A stretch of DNA of 64,000 bases, taken from Leucoraja erinacea. Its lineage: Eukaryota. Every line of letters begins with the position of its first letter. Position 1 is the stretch's first letter. The stretch is from assembly GCF_028641065.1 (NCBI RefSeq), contig NC_073398.1, positions 24,986,001 to 25,050,000 of the forward strand. The letters run 5' to 3'. Below are positions 39,363 to 51,570 of the stretch, piece by piece. The notes below the pieces were generated by a model. That model ran no database searches. It was not told the origin of the DNA and saw nothing but the letters and a program-made list of their open reading frames with translations. The position numbers were made by a program, and so were the translations under genes.

Positions 39363-40039
39363 TGTGATCTCTACTTATTGTTTTGGATAAAGGAATTGAA
39401 GATGTGAATGTTTAATTTGTTGATGACGCAAAGATGGGTAGGAAAGTAAGTTGAAGAGGATGTATGGAGGATGCAAACAAATGTAGATAGTTAATCGTGG
39501 GCAGATATTGCATAATGTGGAAACATTTTGGCAGGAAAAATAAGAAAGCAATCTTTTATCTAATTAGTGCGAATAAAGAGTTGCTGTTTAAGAAAAGGTT
39601 AAATTTCTGAAGGTAACAAAAGTTTGGAACTTTCCACAAAACGTCAAAGAAGAGGTTTTGAATATTTTTTATGGCAGTTTGATTATTGATAAGGGAAGAA
39701 AAAATTACGGGGTAAGTGGGAATGCGTTTGAAATTACAATCAGAGTATCTGTGATTTTATTAAATGGCATGGTAAGTCTGAGCCAGGCAGTCTATTCCCA
39801 ATTTCTATGTAACTCACTCCCATTGGGATTGGATTGGCTGAATAGTACAGATGCATTTAAAAGTCAAGTGTTTCGTGGTCATATGTGCCTTTAACTGAAT
39901 GATCAAATTCCTTTTTGCTGCAGCTTAATAGGCCTGTAAACACAAATATGTAATCAGTAATACAATACATTAATAACTAATACTAGGTAACTAAATAATG
40001 CAAAACTGAAATCCATTGTGCAATCAATGAGACCGTTCA

Positions 40040-40540
40040 TAGAATATCATGGTTGCTGATGTTTGTTCAAGATCCTGATCGTTGCTGGGAAGAACCTGTT
40101 CTAAACCTGATGATTATGGTGTTCAAGGTCCTGTGCCGCCTTCCCAAATAGTGAAATGAGAGCATGGCCAGGGTTGTGTGTGTCTTTGATATTGGTTGCC
40201 GTTTTCTGGCAGCACCTTCTGACGGATCCCTTTTGATAGCTGGGAGGTCAGTACCTGTGATGAACTGATCAGTGTCTATGGTCACCTTTGTTCCTGGGCA
40301 TAAAAATTGTCGAACCAGGCTGTTATGTAACCAGTAAGCATGTTGTCTACCGTACATCTGGAGAAGTTCAATAAAATATTAGTTGACATCGATGTGCTGG
40401 GCCCAGGACAGATCTTCAGTGATATGCACATTCAGGAACTTTAAGCTGATGACTCCACCGCCATCCTGGCGATGAACATGGGTTCATCGATCCTTCGCTT
40501 TACCCTACTTAAGGTAACAATCAGCTCCTTAGTCTTGAGC
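40040..40540 (-). mobile_element. Rex1-like LINE 3' fragment
   Basis: Similar to the 10.3-10.8 kb segment. Confidence 0.6.
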
Positions 40541-40911
40541 AAGCCACAAAAACATTAGTGCGGAGCGAATAGAGGGTGATGCTGAAGAGGAAAAATGGGG
40601 AGAGGAGTGCACCATGTACATTAAGTGGTAAATGACTTGTTTCGGTGCTAAATGTGCTATGTAATTTTATATCAACAGATTACATTTTTACTATATTTGT
40701 GCATGGAGTGGAAAATGAAAATTACATTCACATTCCTAAAAGGTGAATTTGGTAAACATTTGATGGAGAAAAACTGCAGGATATGGAACTAATTTACTAT
40801 CTCTTTCAAAGAGCGTAATGGGCCAAATGTTGCTTTATGCTTATTCAATTTTTGTGACAACTTTTCTGCATCCTGATCAACTGTGACTTTTTGTTTTTTC
40901 TGACACACTAG

Positions 40912-41061
40912 GAGGAGAGAGCTGGATTTGCTATCCATGATTATGGGGATAGAATTGTGGATGCATTTGATTACATTAAACAAAGACTTTCGTTTGCAAA
41001 TATAGTGGCTGGGAAGGAGTCGTTTGAGGTGTGTCGATACATGCTGGCATCGCTACAGTTG
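40912..41061 (+). CDS. NCAPH2: NCAPH2 coding exon 19
   Basis: EERAGFAIHDYGDRIV...FEVCRYMLASLQL (C-terminal kleisin domain). Confidence 0.96.
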
Positions 41062-41826
41062 GTGAGTATGCTTTTCAAGTAAGAATAAAATCTGACAAGT
41101 AGGATATTCAAACATTCACTGAAAAGGGAATATCCCGAGTTAATGTAGGTCATGGAAGGGAATCTTGGTTTGGGGAGATGGGGGAACATCTTGTAAACTA
41201 GGCAGATGCGAAGCAAAGTTTGAATTGAAGTAAATTGGCTGAAGCATTCTGGCTAATGGCTGAGAAACTTCATAATTTGCAAATGTTTGAGGTAGTGAGA
41301 TTTTCCTTTTGAGTGTCACAATTTTATTGGCAAGACGACTCTTGAGCAGGCCTCGATATCAAAAAGTTGGGACTTTTCACTAGACAGCCAGTACTTCAGC
41401 ATTCAACACAGATTATATTTTAGCAGTCCAAAGGACAGTGCTGGGGTTAGCTATGCTGGCAGGAAGAACAATCCTGACTCAGCATATTTAGAGCTGGTAC
41501 AGGTCAATCTTATCTTGCAGATTAAAGGTAATTGAGAATTTCACTGATAGCATCTCATTGTGCATTTGGATTGATATGTGCTCCTTGGGTTTGCCTGGTA
41601 TTGTATGGGCTAAGTTTTGCTTCATTGTTGTCGTCGTCGTCGTCCCCCCCCCCCCCTCTGGTACAAGAATTGAATGTTATGAGATGCTTGAAAAATTATT
41701 CATTTTCTGCTGTTGAAATGACTCGGATATGTACTTGTACAGTCTGCACCGGATTTGGCTGTGCTATTGAGCTGGGATAATTTGTAATTATTTACCTATT
41801 GACGAAATCTTGTTCCTTCTGCACAG

Positions 41827-41967
41827 GCTAATGATTACACAGTGGAAATATGGGAAAGAGATGGATTGTATGAGTCAGTTGACACAATGGAACTCACCTT
41901 GCTGAGCAAAGAAAGAGCTCATGATCGATTCCGCACCTACATGGCTCCATCCCTTTCCAACAAATGA
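41827..41967 (+). CDS. NCAPH2: NCAPH2 coding exon 20 (terminal, TGA at 41965-41967)
   Basis: ANDYTVEI...VDTMELTLLSKERAHDRFRTYMAPSLSNK*; total spliced CDS 1827 nt. Confidence 0.96.
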   Translation, partial: ANDYTVEIWERDGLYESVDTMELTLLSKERAHDRFRTYMAPSLSNK

Positions 41968-43186
41968 GAAAGCACGCAGACCTGCCTGTATCATTTGCAT
42001 CCTTAAAGCTAGAAACTCATCTTCTTATTGCTGATAGCCATACATGGAGAAGGCTGTGCTGTTTCTATTTGATTTATACAACTAATGTTAATCGCTAATG
42101 AACAAGTTGTCAGGGTCTTTATTTTGATGGAAACCTCCCTTTACAACTCGCTAAACTCCCAACAAAACAATTTGTACATTGTGACTTTGAAAAGATAATT
42201 GTGTAATTTATGTTGATATTTTGCTATGTAATCCCAGACTGTTTTAAATGGGCTGTGTATGGGACATGTACATTATCAATGCATCAAGTATCTGCATCAT
42301 GTATAGTACTTTTTTTTTAAAGAAACCACTTACAGTATCTGTTTGCTCGTAAATTTTGTCTTGAACTGAAGACTTCTAGCTTGCTCATTAAATTATTTCC
42401 AATGCCATAACTAAGGCTGAATTTTGGATTTATGCCAGAAAAGTTGTCTGGGCTCATCTCCATGCCTCACTGCAATATCGGTAAATGTCACTTTTGCAGA
42501 TTGTTCTTAAATCTATCTTCTGATTTAACTAGAGTTGCTCCTCAGTGAGCAACATTTTTGGTCTGCTTTTTGAGAAGTTCACCAGATTTTGAAATCTCTT
42601 CAAATACTGTAACCTGATGTTGGTTGTAACTTTGTAAGATGCAACGCCTGTCCTGTTTTGGGGTTATAGAGTTGGGATCAAAGTTATAGAATATTTCCCT
42701 ATTGCCCATCCACTGCAATCATTTTCAGAAGCATTGAAATGGGGATCATGAGTGGGATGGTGTGGAACAAGGAATGATGTTGATTGGTATGTTTAGGGAT
42801 GATGTGTATTGGGGTTCATTGATATAACTGGTGATCCTGATAGATTTTGGGGTACACATTAAATGTACTTTTATAAAGTGCAGAATTTTTAATGAAATTT
42901 TGTCTCAGGACATGTAAACTTGCATACTTTCTGTATTTGGATTTTAATAACCAATTTGGGATTGGAAAATCTGCAGAAATAAGCCATTCTCGAGGAAATT
43001 TGTGCTACATCCTGTTTCCAGTAAGAGAATATTCTATTGACCGTTAGATACTTTGAGGATATATCAAAAAAGATGACAAACAGGAAAACAAATAGGTGAG
43101 ACTTGACATTATTTAGATGGTTTTGGGGGCGAGTGGGAGTGGTGGCGAGGGGCAGTAAGTGTTCTCATTGTTAAAATAATTTGCAC

Positions 43187-43192
43187 AATAAA
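43187..43192 (+). terminator. Candidate NCAPH2 poly(A) signal
   Basis: AATAAA 1.2 kb after the stop (ATTAAA at 42387 is an alternative). Confidence 0.35.
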
Positions 43193-44839
43193 ATTAACTG
43201 GCAACAAATGGTGGAAATGTCAGTGTTTGAGAACTTTGTTAATAGGGCAGCAAACAAAGCATTATTTTTACTATCTAGCTGAGCTGTATATTGTCAAATT
43301 TATTTTAATGTTCTAAGAATTATTTTTTTAAATGATTATTGGAAAGGCAGTTTGAGGATGGGTAACAAACAGTTCACTGTTGTACAGTGAAGAAATGCAT
43401 AGGGGACAAGTTGTTCACGGATACATATTGACCACTAACTATTTATGCATTGAATGTGTTACTAGTGTGGTTAGAAGGCAGTTCTTTGGCCCAACTTGTC
43501 CATAAGTTGCCTGCACTTGGTCTATATCCCTCTAAACTCTTCCTAACTGTTATGTCCAAATGTATTTTGAAAGTTTTCATTGCATTTACTACTATAGCTT
43601 CCTTTGGAACCAAATAATTATCCTGCTTCATCCTGATTTTATGAATGTTGAATTATCCATGTTCAAAATGCAGATCACTGATCATCACGAACTTGACTAT
43701 TTGGCCCGAAGCGTTGCCTATTTCCTTCGCTCTGTAGATGCTGCAGCACCCGCTGAGTTTCTCCAGCATTTTTGTGTACCTTACATAAATACTAAGGTAG
43801 TCAGAAGCTGGATATTCTCACCAGGTAGTCAGAAGCTGGATATTCTGCAACAAATAAGTTAAAATCTTCTGAATATTCCTTCCATAAGCAATGGTACTGA
43901 TTCACCTCTACCCCCTTGATGATATTGGAAGTTGTTTAAACAACTGATGCACTACAATGCAGAGAGCTATATTCTGCACTCTTATCTGTGGTCTATCGTA
44001 AGTTTGTACTGATTGATTCTATGTAACTCATCTATTTGGATAGCATGCAAAAACAAAGCTTTTCATTGTACTTTGGTACATGTGACAATAATGATAAACC
44101 TAAAAAAAGTTACTCAAGCCTTACTCCTACTTATGAAGTGCGAGTTAGTAGGAATAAATAGTTTCTGCCTGGTCCTGTTCCAATACCACTCATGGTTTTC
44201 AACCAGACACCAGCCTGCTTGCCAAGCATGCGTTCAATCATGTGTTGGTAATTCATCTCACCATGAGAACAGCTCTGCAGGTGGGACACTGGACAGTGGC
44301 CTTGGCCTAATTTTCTTGGCCGAATGACCTAAGGTGTTCACTGATGACTGCAATGTTTGATTCCATTTGCAACTCCAGGAAAGGAAGCAGCCTATGCCTG
44401 TATATGAAAACCATACTTCATAGAAGAAAGCCTTTTGGTCCACCACCCATGGCTAAACTTGTAACCATCTGGACTAAACCTGTGTAGCAGCACTTGGTCT
44501 GTAGCCTTCCATGCATTAGCAATTTGTATAGATTTCTGCCACTACCAGTATATAGTCCTAGATTTCAGCTACCCTGAGTGAATGGATTCCTCCTCAGATC
44601 TTTGTCTTACTCTAAACATGCCTTCCCATGTTAGGCATCTCTGCCATGAGGAAGGTTTTGTATATTTCTAAACAGACTGCCCATCCAACCTCAAATGAAA
44701 TTCCCAATTTCCCATATAATGTCCTTGTGAATCTTTTTTGCACCTTCTCCAGTGTAATCATCCTTCCTACAGTGTAGCCGAGTTATTCACAATATTACAG
44801 CTGTGGACCGACTTGATTTTTATAAAGTTGGACCACAAC

Positions 44840-45135
44840 CAGGACAAGGGGTCACAGCTTAAGGATAAAGGGGAAATCCTTTAAAACCGAGATGAGAAGA
44901 ACTTTTTTCACGCAGAGAGTGGTGAGTCTCTGGAACTCTCTGCCACAGAGGGTAGTTGAGGCCAGTTCATTGGCTATATTTAAGAGGGAGTTAGATGAGG
45001 CCCTTGTGGCTAAGGGGATCAGGGGGTATGGAGAGAAGGCAGGTACAGGATACTGAGTTGGATGATCAGCCATGATCATATTGAATGGCGGTGCAGGCTC
45101 GAAGGGCCGAATGGCCTACTCCTGCACCTAATTTC
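44840..45135 (+). mobile_element. CR1 3' tail, close match to the 9950-10250 copy
   Basis: Direct sequence similarity. Confidence 0.85.
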
Positions 45136-45764
45136 CTAACCCTTATATTCAATGCCCCCAGCTAATGAAGACTAATATCTCCTTCGCCACCTTATCTACA
45201 TGTGCTGCCACTTTTGGGGATCTGCATACATATACACTAAGATCTCTCTTCCTTAATATTCCAGAGCCTTATTTGTTATGTGATACTCCAATGTGACCTA
45301 TCACTCACTTGCAAGGTAGCTAGTCCTAAATGATATTTGCACCACCAAAAATGCCCAATTGGAGAAAATCGTCCAATTAATTATTAAATAGGTACCAAAG
45401 GTGCAGAAAAATCGAGAGTAGGGTGAAAAGTTGGACACTGGGTCACTCTGTGATGTCACATTGATGATTTGAAAAATTCAATAGAAAAATGCTGCTCTAC
45501 AGTCAGCTCAGAGGTACAGGAAGACAGGATCAAAATAATCTAGCAAATAATGAGGATTAATTCAACTTGCCTTGCTTTGATACACAACCACCTCAAAATG
45601 AAGCAAGTGATGAGTATACTTCTGAAAATAGCAACAACATCTTAAATTGACATACAGATTCTTATTTAAGGCTATTTGATGTATGAGCTTAGTTTACTAG
45701 ATGCAGACATTGAATGAAAACATATTTTATGGAAATGCAGTATCACAAAATCTGAAAAAATCAC

Positions 45765-45896
45765 CAGTCTGAAGAAGGGTTTCGGCCGAAACGTTAAATA
45801 TTTCCTTCGCTCCATAGATGTTGCCGCACCCGCTGAGTTTCTCCAGCACTTTTGTCTACCTTCGATTTTCCAGCATCTTCAGTTCCTTCTTAAACA
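45765..45896 (+). mobile_element. Penelope-like terminal repeat with hammerhead-like core
   Basis: ctgaagaagggtttcggccgaaacgtt... Confidence 0.7.
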
Positions 45897-46977
45897 TCAC
45901 AATATACTGACCATGTTTGCATCAATAATATGAATTTATTAAGTTCAGGATTGTCTTAATTTATTGAAACAATATCTTAAACAATGCAATATTTGGATTG
46001 TGTTAAGGCAGGAGTATATTCCATTCTTGAGGAAGCATGCCCAAATCTATATAAACAGTTTATCACATTATGCATTTTTGATTTTCCTGGTTCAAATCCA
46101 AAGCTCCATATGGTAGACGGAGCCTGAATTTAACATGTGTGACTCCTGTGCTAGGTTTCACAGGTGTGTCATGCTCCTGTATCTCTATTTTCACTTTTCA
46201 GTACTTTCAAGTTACAAAGTAGCTGTCATCCTGCATGAAATGGGTGTATACAGGCAGTAAGTGTAATCGGTTCTTTCTGTACTGGATGTTTGATATGCTA
46301 AATTTAAAATATCTAGTTTCTGACACAATAAAAACAGACAGTTTATTGTATGTTCTGATTAGGAATTCTGATCTATTGTTTCAACTCTTCTGGTATTCAG
46401 ACTGGTTTCCATTAAAAAATAAAGGAAATAATGACCCATTTTCAAAATAAAGTACAAGAATTAAGTAGTTCTAAACACTGGGAATTAAACATGTCCAATT
46501 ATGCCAGCAATGATTAAAATTATTAAATAATTGTTTTGACAATATAATTGGTAAGTGAATGTATTAATCATTTGGTGTCTACATTATAACAATAATTTGA
46601 AAAACTAATATTCTGCTTCAGTACAAAGTTAATTGAAGCAATTATAAGTTATGTGATTGCTCACATCTACTCACTAACATTCTGTGGGCAGCAGTGACTG
46701 TCACTTGTGTTCCTGGTTGCTAAACAAATCTTGGAATTCATTTTAAATCAATATCCAGATTATGTGCATTACATGAACAATTGTTATTCACTGTCGTGAT
46801 ATGTCAACTCATTTGGAAAAATTGCCAAATCTTCCCACTTGATCAGATGTAGGTAGAATTGGAAAAGTGTTTGAGTAAAATATTACAAATCCTGATCGAT
46901 TTGTGACACGGGTAGACTTATAGCAAATTCTCACCAATAATTGGTGCAAACTTTTGCTAATAATCTTACATTTATCT

Positions 46978-48162
46978 TCAACTGAACAGTTGAACATGGG
47001 TTTTCATGTGGCCTCGGATACTCTCAGCGATTTCCTGATCAGTTTTGCTCCTATTGTAGTAATCGATGAAAAGTCCATCAGGGTTGAGAAGATAAATGAT
47101 AATGGTGTGATCCACAATGTAGTCATTATCTTCATCCTTTGGACCAGCACTGTAATACACCCGATATGCCTTTCCCAGTTCCTTGATCTGTTCTGGGGTC
47201 CCAGTTAGCCCAATCATACGAGTGTGAAAATCCTTGATGTATTTTGCCATCTCTTTCACTCCATCTCTTTCTGGATCCACTGTGATGAAAATAGGTTGGA
47301 CAGATGGAAGTGCTCTGTCCATGTCCAAAATGAGTATTGCATTAGACATCTTCTCCATCTCATCAGGGCAGATGTCAGGGCAATGAGTGAATCCAAAGTA
47401 CAACAGCACCCACTGGCCAAAGAAATCACTCTTGGTTCTGGGTCTTCCAGTGTGATCTAGCAAGTTGAAATCACCTTGACCAAGTACCAATTTCTTCAGC
47501 TGCTCATGGCGTTTCAACTTCTCCTGTTTCTTTTTTTCCAAGTGAACATAGAAACAAAATCCCATCACAGCAGCTCCAAAGAGGCAAGTCACTAGAATTT
47601 TTTTCTGCAGTGTTATCTGTTGGCTTTTGGCAGATTTCCCCGAATTTTTGTCTGAAGACAACTTTGAGAATGATCTGTGGGTCAATAGGATTAAGTTGCC
47701 TGGTGTTACTGACATAACTCCACGAGCAAGATGGCAGGTATTTAATATACTGCTGGTTCTCAAAAACTGTACAGCTGTAAATTGAAGCTTCTCTTTCAAA
47801 CAACGGTGTGAGGCTTTGTGAATTGTTAATAGTGGGACACTTTTCCCTGAATAGTTCACTAGAGTTTCAGTGTTCTGAGGTGGCAGTATAGATGATTTCT
47901 TAGTTGGCTGGGTTCTCTTAGTACAGGAATAGGAAAGCAGGTTTGTACCAAAGTGTTTCAAAACTGTATGGTTACAGTTGATAACAATAGATTTAGCCTG
48001 TAAAGGCCATTCTGTTTCCATGCTGACATTATGCGTTTTTGTTCCTAAGTGTCCATTACTCAAACGTTTTGCATTACTCAAAATCGCTTTGCCATCTCTG
48101 CCTGCAACCTCGATACGAAAAGCTGCTAACTTCAGGAATTGGCCAATGTCCAAAAGTTGACC
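46978..48162 (-). CDS. SCO2: Protein SCO2 homolog, mitochondrial (cytochrome c oxidase copper chaperone), main coding exon; true start uncertain
   Basis: TM segment, GQWVLLYFGFTHCPDICPDE (CxxxC), VDPERD, DYIVDH; intronless core and position next to NCAPH2 favour SCO2 over SCO1; acceptor ttttacag| at 48163. Confidence 0.93.
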   Translation of the reverse strand, partial: GQLLDIGQFLKLAAFRIEVAGRDGKAILSNAKRLSNGHLGTKTHNVSMETEWPLQAKSIVINCNHTVLKHFGTNLLSYSCTKRTQPTKKSSILPPQNTETLVNYSGKSVPLLTIHKASHRCLKEKLQFTAVQFLRTSSILNTCHLARGVMSVTPGNLILLTHRSFSKLSSDKNSGKSAKSQQITLQKKILVTCLFGAAVMGFCFYVHLEKKKQEKLKRHEQLKKLVLGQGDFNLLDHTGRPRTKSDFFGQWVLLYFGFTHCPDICPDEMEKMSNAILILDMDRALPSVQPIFITVDPERDGVKEMAKYIKDFHTRMIGLTGTPEQIKELGKAYRVYYSAGPKDEDNDYIVDHTIIIYLLNPDGLFIDYYNRSKTDQEIAESIRGHMKTHVQLFS

Positions 48163-48369
48163 CTGTAAAATGCAGGTGCCCAATCTTGCATACATCTTCA
48201 CATCTTCAAAAGTAAAACAAACACATGCCAAATTAAATACATTGGAGAAATATCCCTATGACACACAAGAACAAAAAGGAACACAATCCTCTAATCAAGG
48301 AAATTCTGTTGAAACTCACTTCACAAACAGGCGACATGCACAGACCAACGCGTCTAGTTGCCCACTTGT

Positions 48370-49270
48370 AAAGATTTACTGTCCCACTAGTAACCCGCTT
48401 GCAAAGACCCACTGGTCCACCCGGTGGCCCGCTTCCCCACCATAGTCGCACTTGCAGAGATCCAGTGGCCCGCTTGCAGAGACCCACTGGTCCACCAGTA
48501 GCCCACCTGCAGACTCACTGACCGCCGGTGGCACACTTGCAGAGATCCACTGGCCCAGCAGTAGCCCATCTGCAGAGACCCAGTGGCCCACCTGCAGGGA
48601 TCCACTGGCCCATTTGCAGAGACTCACTTGCCCAACAGTAGCCCACCTGCAGAGACACACTGCCACAGTAGTAGCCCACCTGCACAGACCCAGTGGCCCA
48701 GCAGTAGCCCACCTGCAGAGACCCAGTGGCCCACGTGCAGGGATCCACTGGCCGAGCAGTAGCCCACCTGCAGAGATCCAGTGGCCCACCTGCAGGGATC
48801 CACTGGCCCATTTATAGAGACTCCCTTGCCCAACAGTAGCCCACCCGCAGAGACGCACTGCCACAGCATTAGCCCACCTGCAGAGATCCAGTGGCCCACC
48901 TGCAGAGACCCAGTAGCCCACCTGCAGGGATCCACTGGTCCACCAGTAGCCCACCTGCAGAGATCCAGTGGCCCACCTGCAGAGATCCAGTGGCCCACCT
49001 GCAGAGACCCAGTGGCCCACCTGCAGAGACCCAGTGGCCCACCTGCAGAGACCCAGTGGCCCACCTGCAGAGATCCACTGGTCCACCAGTAGCCCACCTG
49101 CAGAGACCCAGTGGCCCACCTGCAGAGATCCAGTGGCCCACCTGCAGAGACCCAGTGGCCCACCTGCAGAGACCCAGTGGCCCACCTGCAGAGATCCAGT
49201 GGCCCACCTGCAGAGACCCAGTGGCCCACCTGCAGGGATCTACTGGCCCACCAGTAGCCCACCTGCAGAG
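48370..49270. repeat. GC-rich minisatellite, ~22-bp unit CCCACCTGCAGAGA(C/T)CCAGTGG with longer variants
   Basis: Direct tandem periodicity; fills the SCO2 intron. Confidence 0.95.
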
Positions 49271-49302
49271 AGCCCAAGGGCCACTCCGATCCTACAATTC
49301 AC

Positions 49303-49362
49303 CTGCTCCACGCCTCGATCTTTACGAATTCCGCCTGTTCCTCTCCCCACGACTTCACTCAT
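49303..49362 (-). CDS. SCO2: Candidate SCO2 first exon, coding part (MSEVVGRGTGGIRKDRGVEQ)
   Basis: ATG at 49362, CAG|gtgaat donor, splices in frame to 48162; could instead be 5'UTR. Confidence 0.4.
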
Positions 49363-49379
49363 CTGGCTGCTATCACCCT

Positions 49380-49560
49380 GCGGCCTCGGTCCCCAGTCCC
49401 GCCACTCTCGTCCTTGCGGCCCGCGAGCCGGGTTTCCGCTATCGGCGGACTACAATTCCCAGCAGGCTCCGCGGCCACGCACGCGTGGTGTCGTCAGCGA
49501 CAAAGACCCGGCTGGAGGAGCAGGTAGGAGGGAGGGAGGCCTGCGCCATCACCTGGACTG
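49380..49560 (-). promoter_or_regulatory. SCO2 CpG promoter with ZNF143/THAP11-type motif
   Basis: ACTACAATTCCCAGCAGGC at 49449-49467; CpG-rich context. Confidence 0.75.
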
Positions 49561-50215
49561 GAGAGAAGCAGAGAGAGACAAACCTAGCACCAACAACCCT
49601 TCAACCACCGTGCAACCTCACACCTAAACACTCAAACACCATGTACCCTCAAAACTAAACACTCAAGCATCTTCAAAACTAAACACTCAAGCACCCTGTG
49701 CCCTCAAAGCTAAACAGTCTACATCTTATTCCCTGGAAACTAAACACTCAGAACACCTTTTGGCCTCAAACTAAACACAGACACCCTAGACCCTCAAAAC
49801 TCAACACAAACACCCTCAAAACTCAACACACTACCAGCCTACATCCTCAGAAGTACACTCTCAACCATTGTACACTTTCAACACTCCTGGTCCAGTGATA
49901 AATACATAAATAATGCATGTTCTACAAGACGGTGAAAAGAAAAAGACTGCAAAAAACGTTAGTGCAAACCATAATTTAAAAAAAAACATGTCCACAATAG
50001 TGCAAGAAGTGGTCCGTAGTGCTCCATTGTTTGAAATAAATTTAGGATTGTGCAAGTCGGGTCAAGAACCTGATGATTAATGGTTACAGTCAGCACATTT
50101 TGGTCCCATGTGATCAAAACTTGGATATGTTAGGATTCAGTTGAAGTAATTAATGTGATGGAGTGAGGTCAGGATCTTGGACTCCTCACACCATAATGGT
50201 TTCATGGTTTTATTA

Positions 50216-50653
50216 CAGTTTTTGCCCGTTGCTTGAACACGTTTTGCAAAACTTTGCTCATTGTGTCAAAACTCTACACACAAGCAAATAAGACACAACA
50301 CTGGGAAATAAAAGTAAGTATTTTCAGGTGTGTATCTTAGTGTTTTCAATTACCCGATGTGTTTTGTATTTTGAATAGCTGTGTCTTCCCAATGGTACCC
50401 TGAGATTTCATTTTTGAACGAAGTGTCTTATGTGTGAAATAGTGTGTAGTGTGCAGGAGCAAGTGTGTTGCAGAAAGGAGCAAGTGTGTTGCAGAAAGGA
50501 GCAAGTGTGTTGCAGAATTGCAACTAAAGTGCAAAGCAGCGCTATTGTTTAAGGTATGGTTACATGTGGTTAAGGTATAGTAACAAAAACTTCAAGTTGT
50601 GTTACTTTGGTCTAAGCATGGGTCTATAGTGTTCAAGCAATGGGCAAAAACTG
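50216..50653. mobile_element. TA-flanked MITE (Tc1/mariner-like) with internal 20-bp tandem repeat x3
   Basis: TIRs cagtttttgcccgttgcttgaacac / gtgttcaagcaatgggcaaaaactg. Confidence 0.8.
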
Positions 50654-50974
50654 TAATATTGCCCAGAATTGATCATTAGAGAATAAGGATTAACATCAGT
50701 GTCTGTTTGTATTTGAATTTATTTTGGAGCTGTAGGATCTTCAGGAGCTTTTTTATTCCAATGTAAATTCCACTCACGCCCACATATCAGAGTAGGTGGA
50801 AACAATTAAATAACCAAAACCTTACTGAATAACTCACCATTACGAATCATCACTGAGAATTGCAAGCCAACGGAGGGCCAATGCTGGTATTTGAATGTAG
50901 AATCATAATTGGTGCGTGAAATGGCGCCAGTCCCAGAATTGGTCTTTGCATAGGTACAATCGTTAAGTTCGTTT

Positions 50975-51570
50975 TAGTTTAGAGATGCAGCATGGAAACA
51001 GGCCCTTCGGCCCGCCGAGTCTGCACCAACCAGCGATCCCTGCACATCAGCTTTATCCTACATACTCTAGGGACAATTTACATTTATACCAAAGCTAACT
51101 AACCTATAAATCTGTATGTCTTTGGAGTGTGGGAGGAAATCGAAGATCTTGGGGTCATGGGGCAAACGTACAGACTCCATACAGACAGCACCCGTAGTCG
51201 GGATCGATCCCGGGTCTGTGCCACTCTGCTGCCCCTTGATGTTGTATGAGGTTTGTACTTTGCCACTGACCACATGGTTATCTAAGTCTTCTTGCAGGGA
51301 TTTAGCTTAGTTTAGTTTCGAGATGCAGCGTGGAAATAGGTCTGCGACGACCAGCAATCCCCACATAGTAACACTATTATTAACACTGTCCTACACACAC
51401 TAGGGACAATTTTTACATTTACCAAGCTAATTAATCTACATACCTGTACGTCTGTGGAGTGTTGGCGGAAACCGAAGATCTCGGAGAAAACCCACGCAGG
51501 TCACGGGGAGAACATAAAACTCCATACAGACAGCACCCGTAGTCGGGATCGAACCCAGGTCTCCGGCGCT
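50975..51570 (-). mobile_element. Two tandem V-SINEs
   Basis: Two copies of (tagtt)n-gagatgcagc..ggaaa..V-domain. Confidence 0.8.

Noticed and set aside
48195-48231. ORF-track start (TTG 48231 / ATG 48195) for SCO2
   Set aside because: Lies upstream of a good splice acceptor at 48163, so probably intronic
48233-49658. Many long overlapping ORFs (200-270 aa) on both strands; CRISPR-like appearance
   Set aside because: Products of a stop-free 22-bp minisatellite; no unique spacers, no cas genes, eukaryotic context
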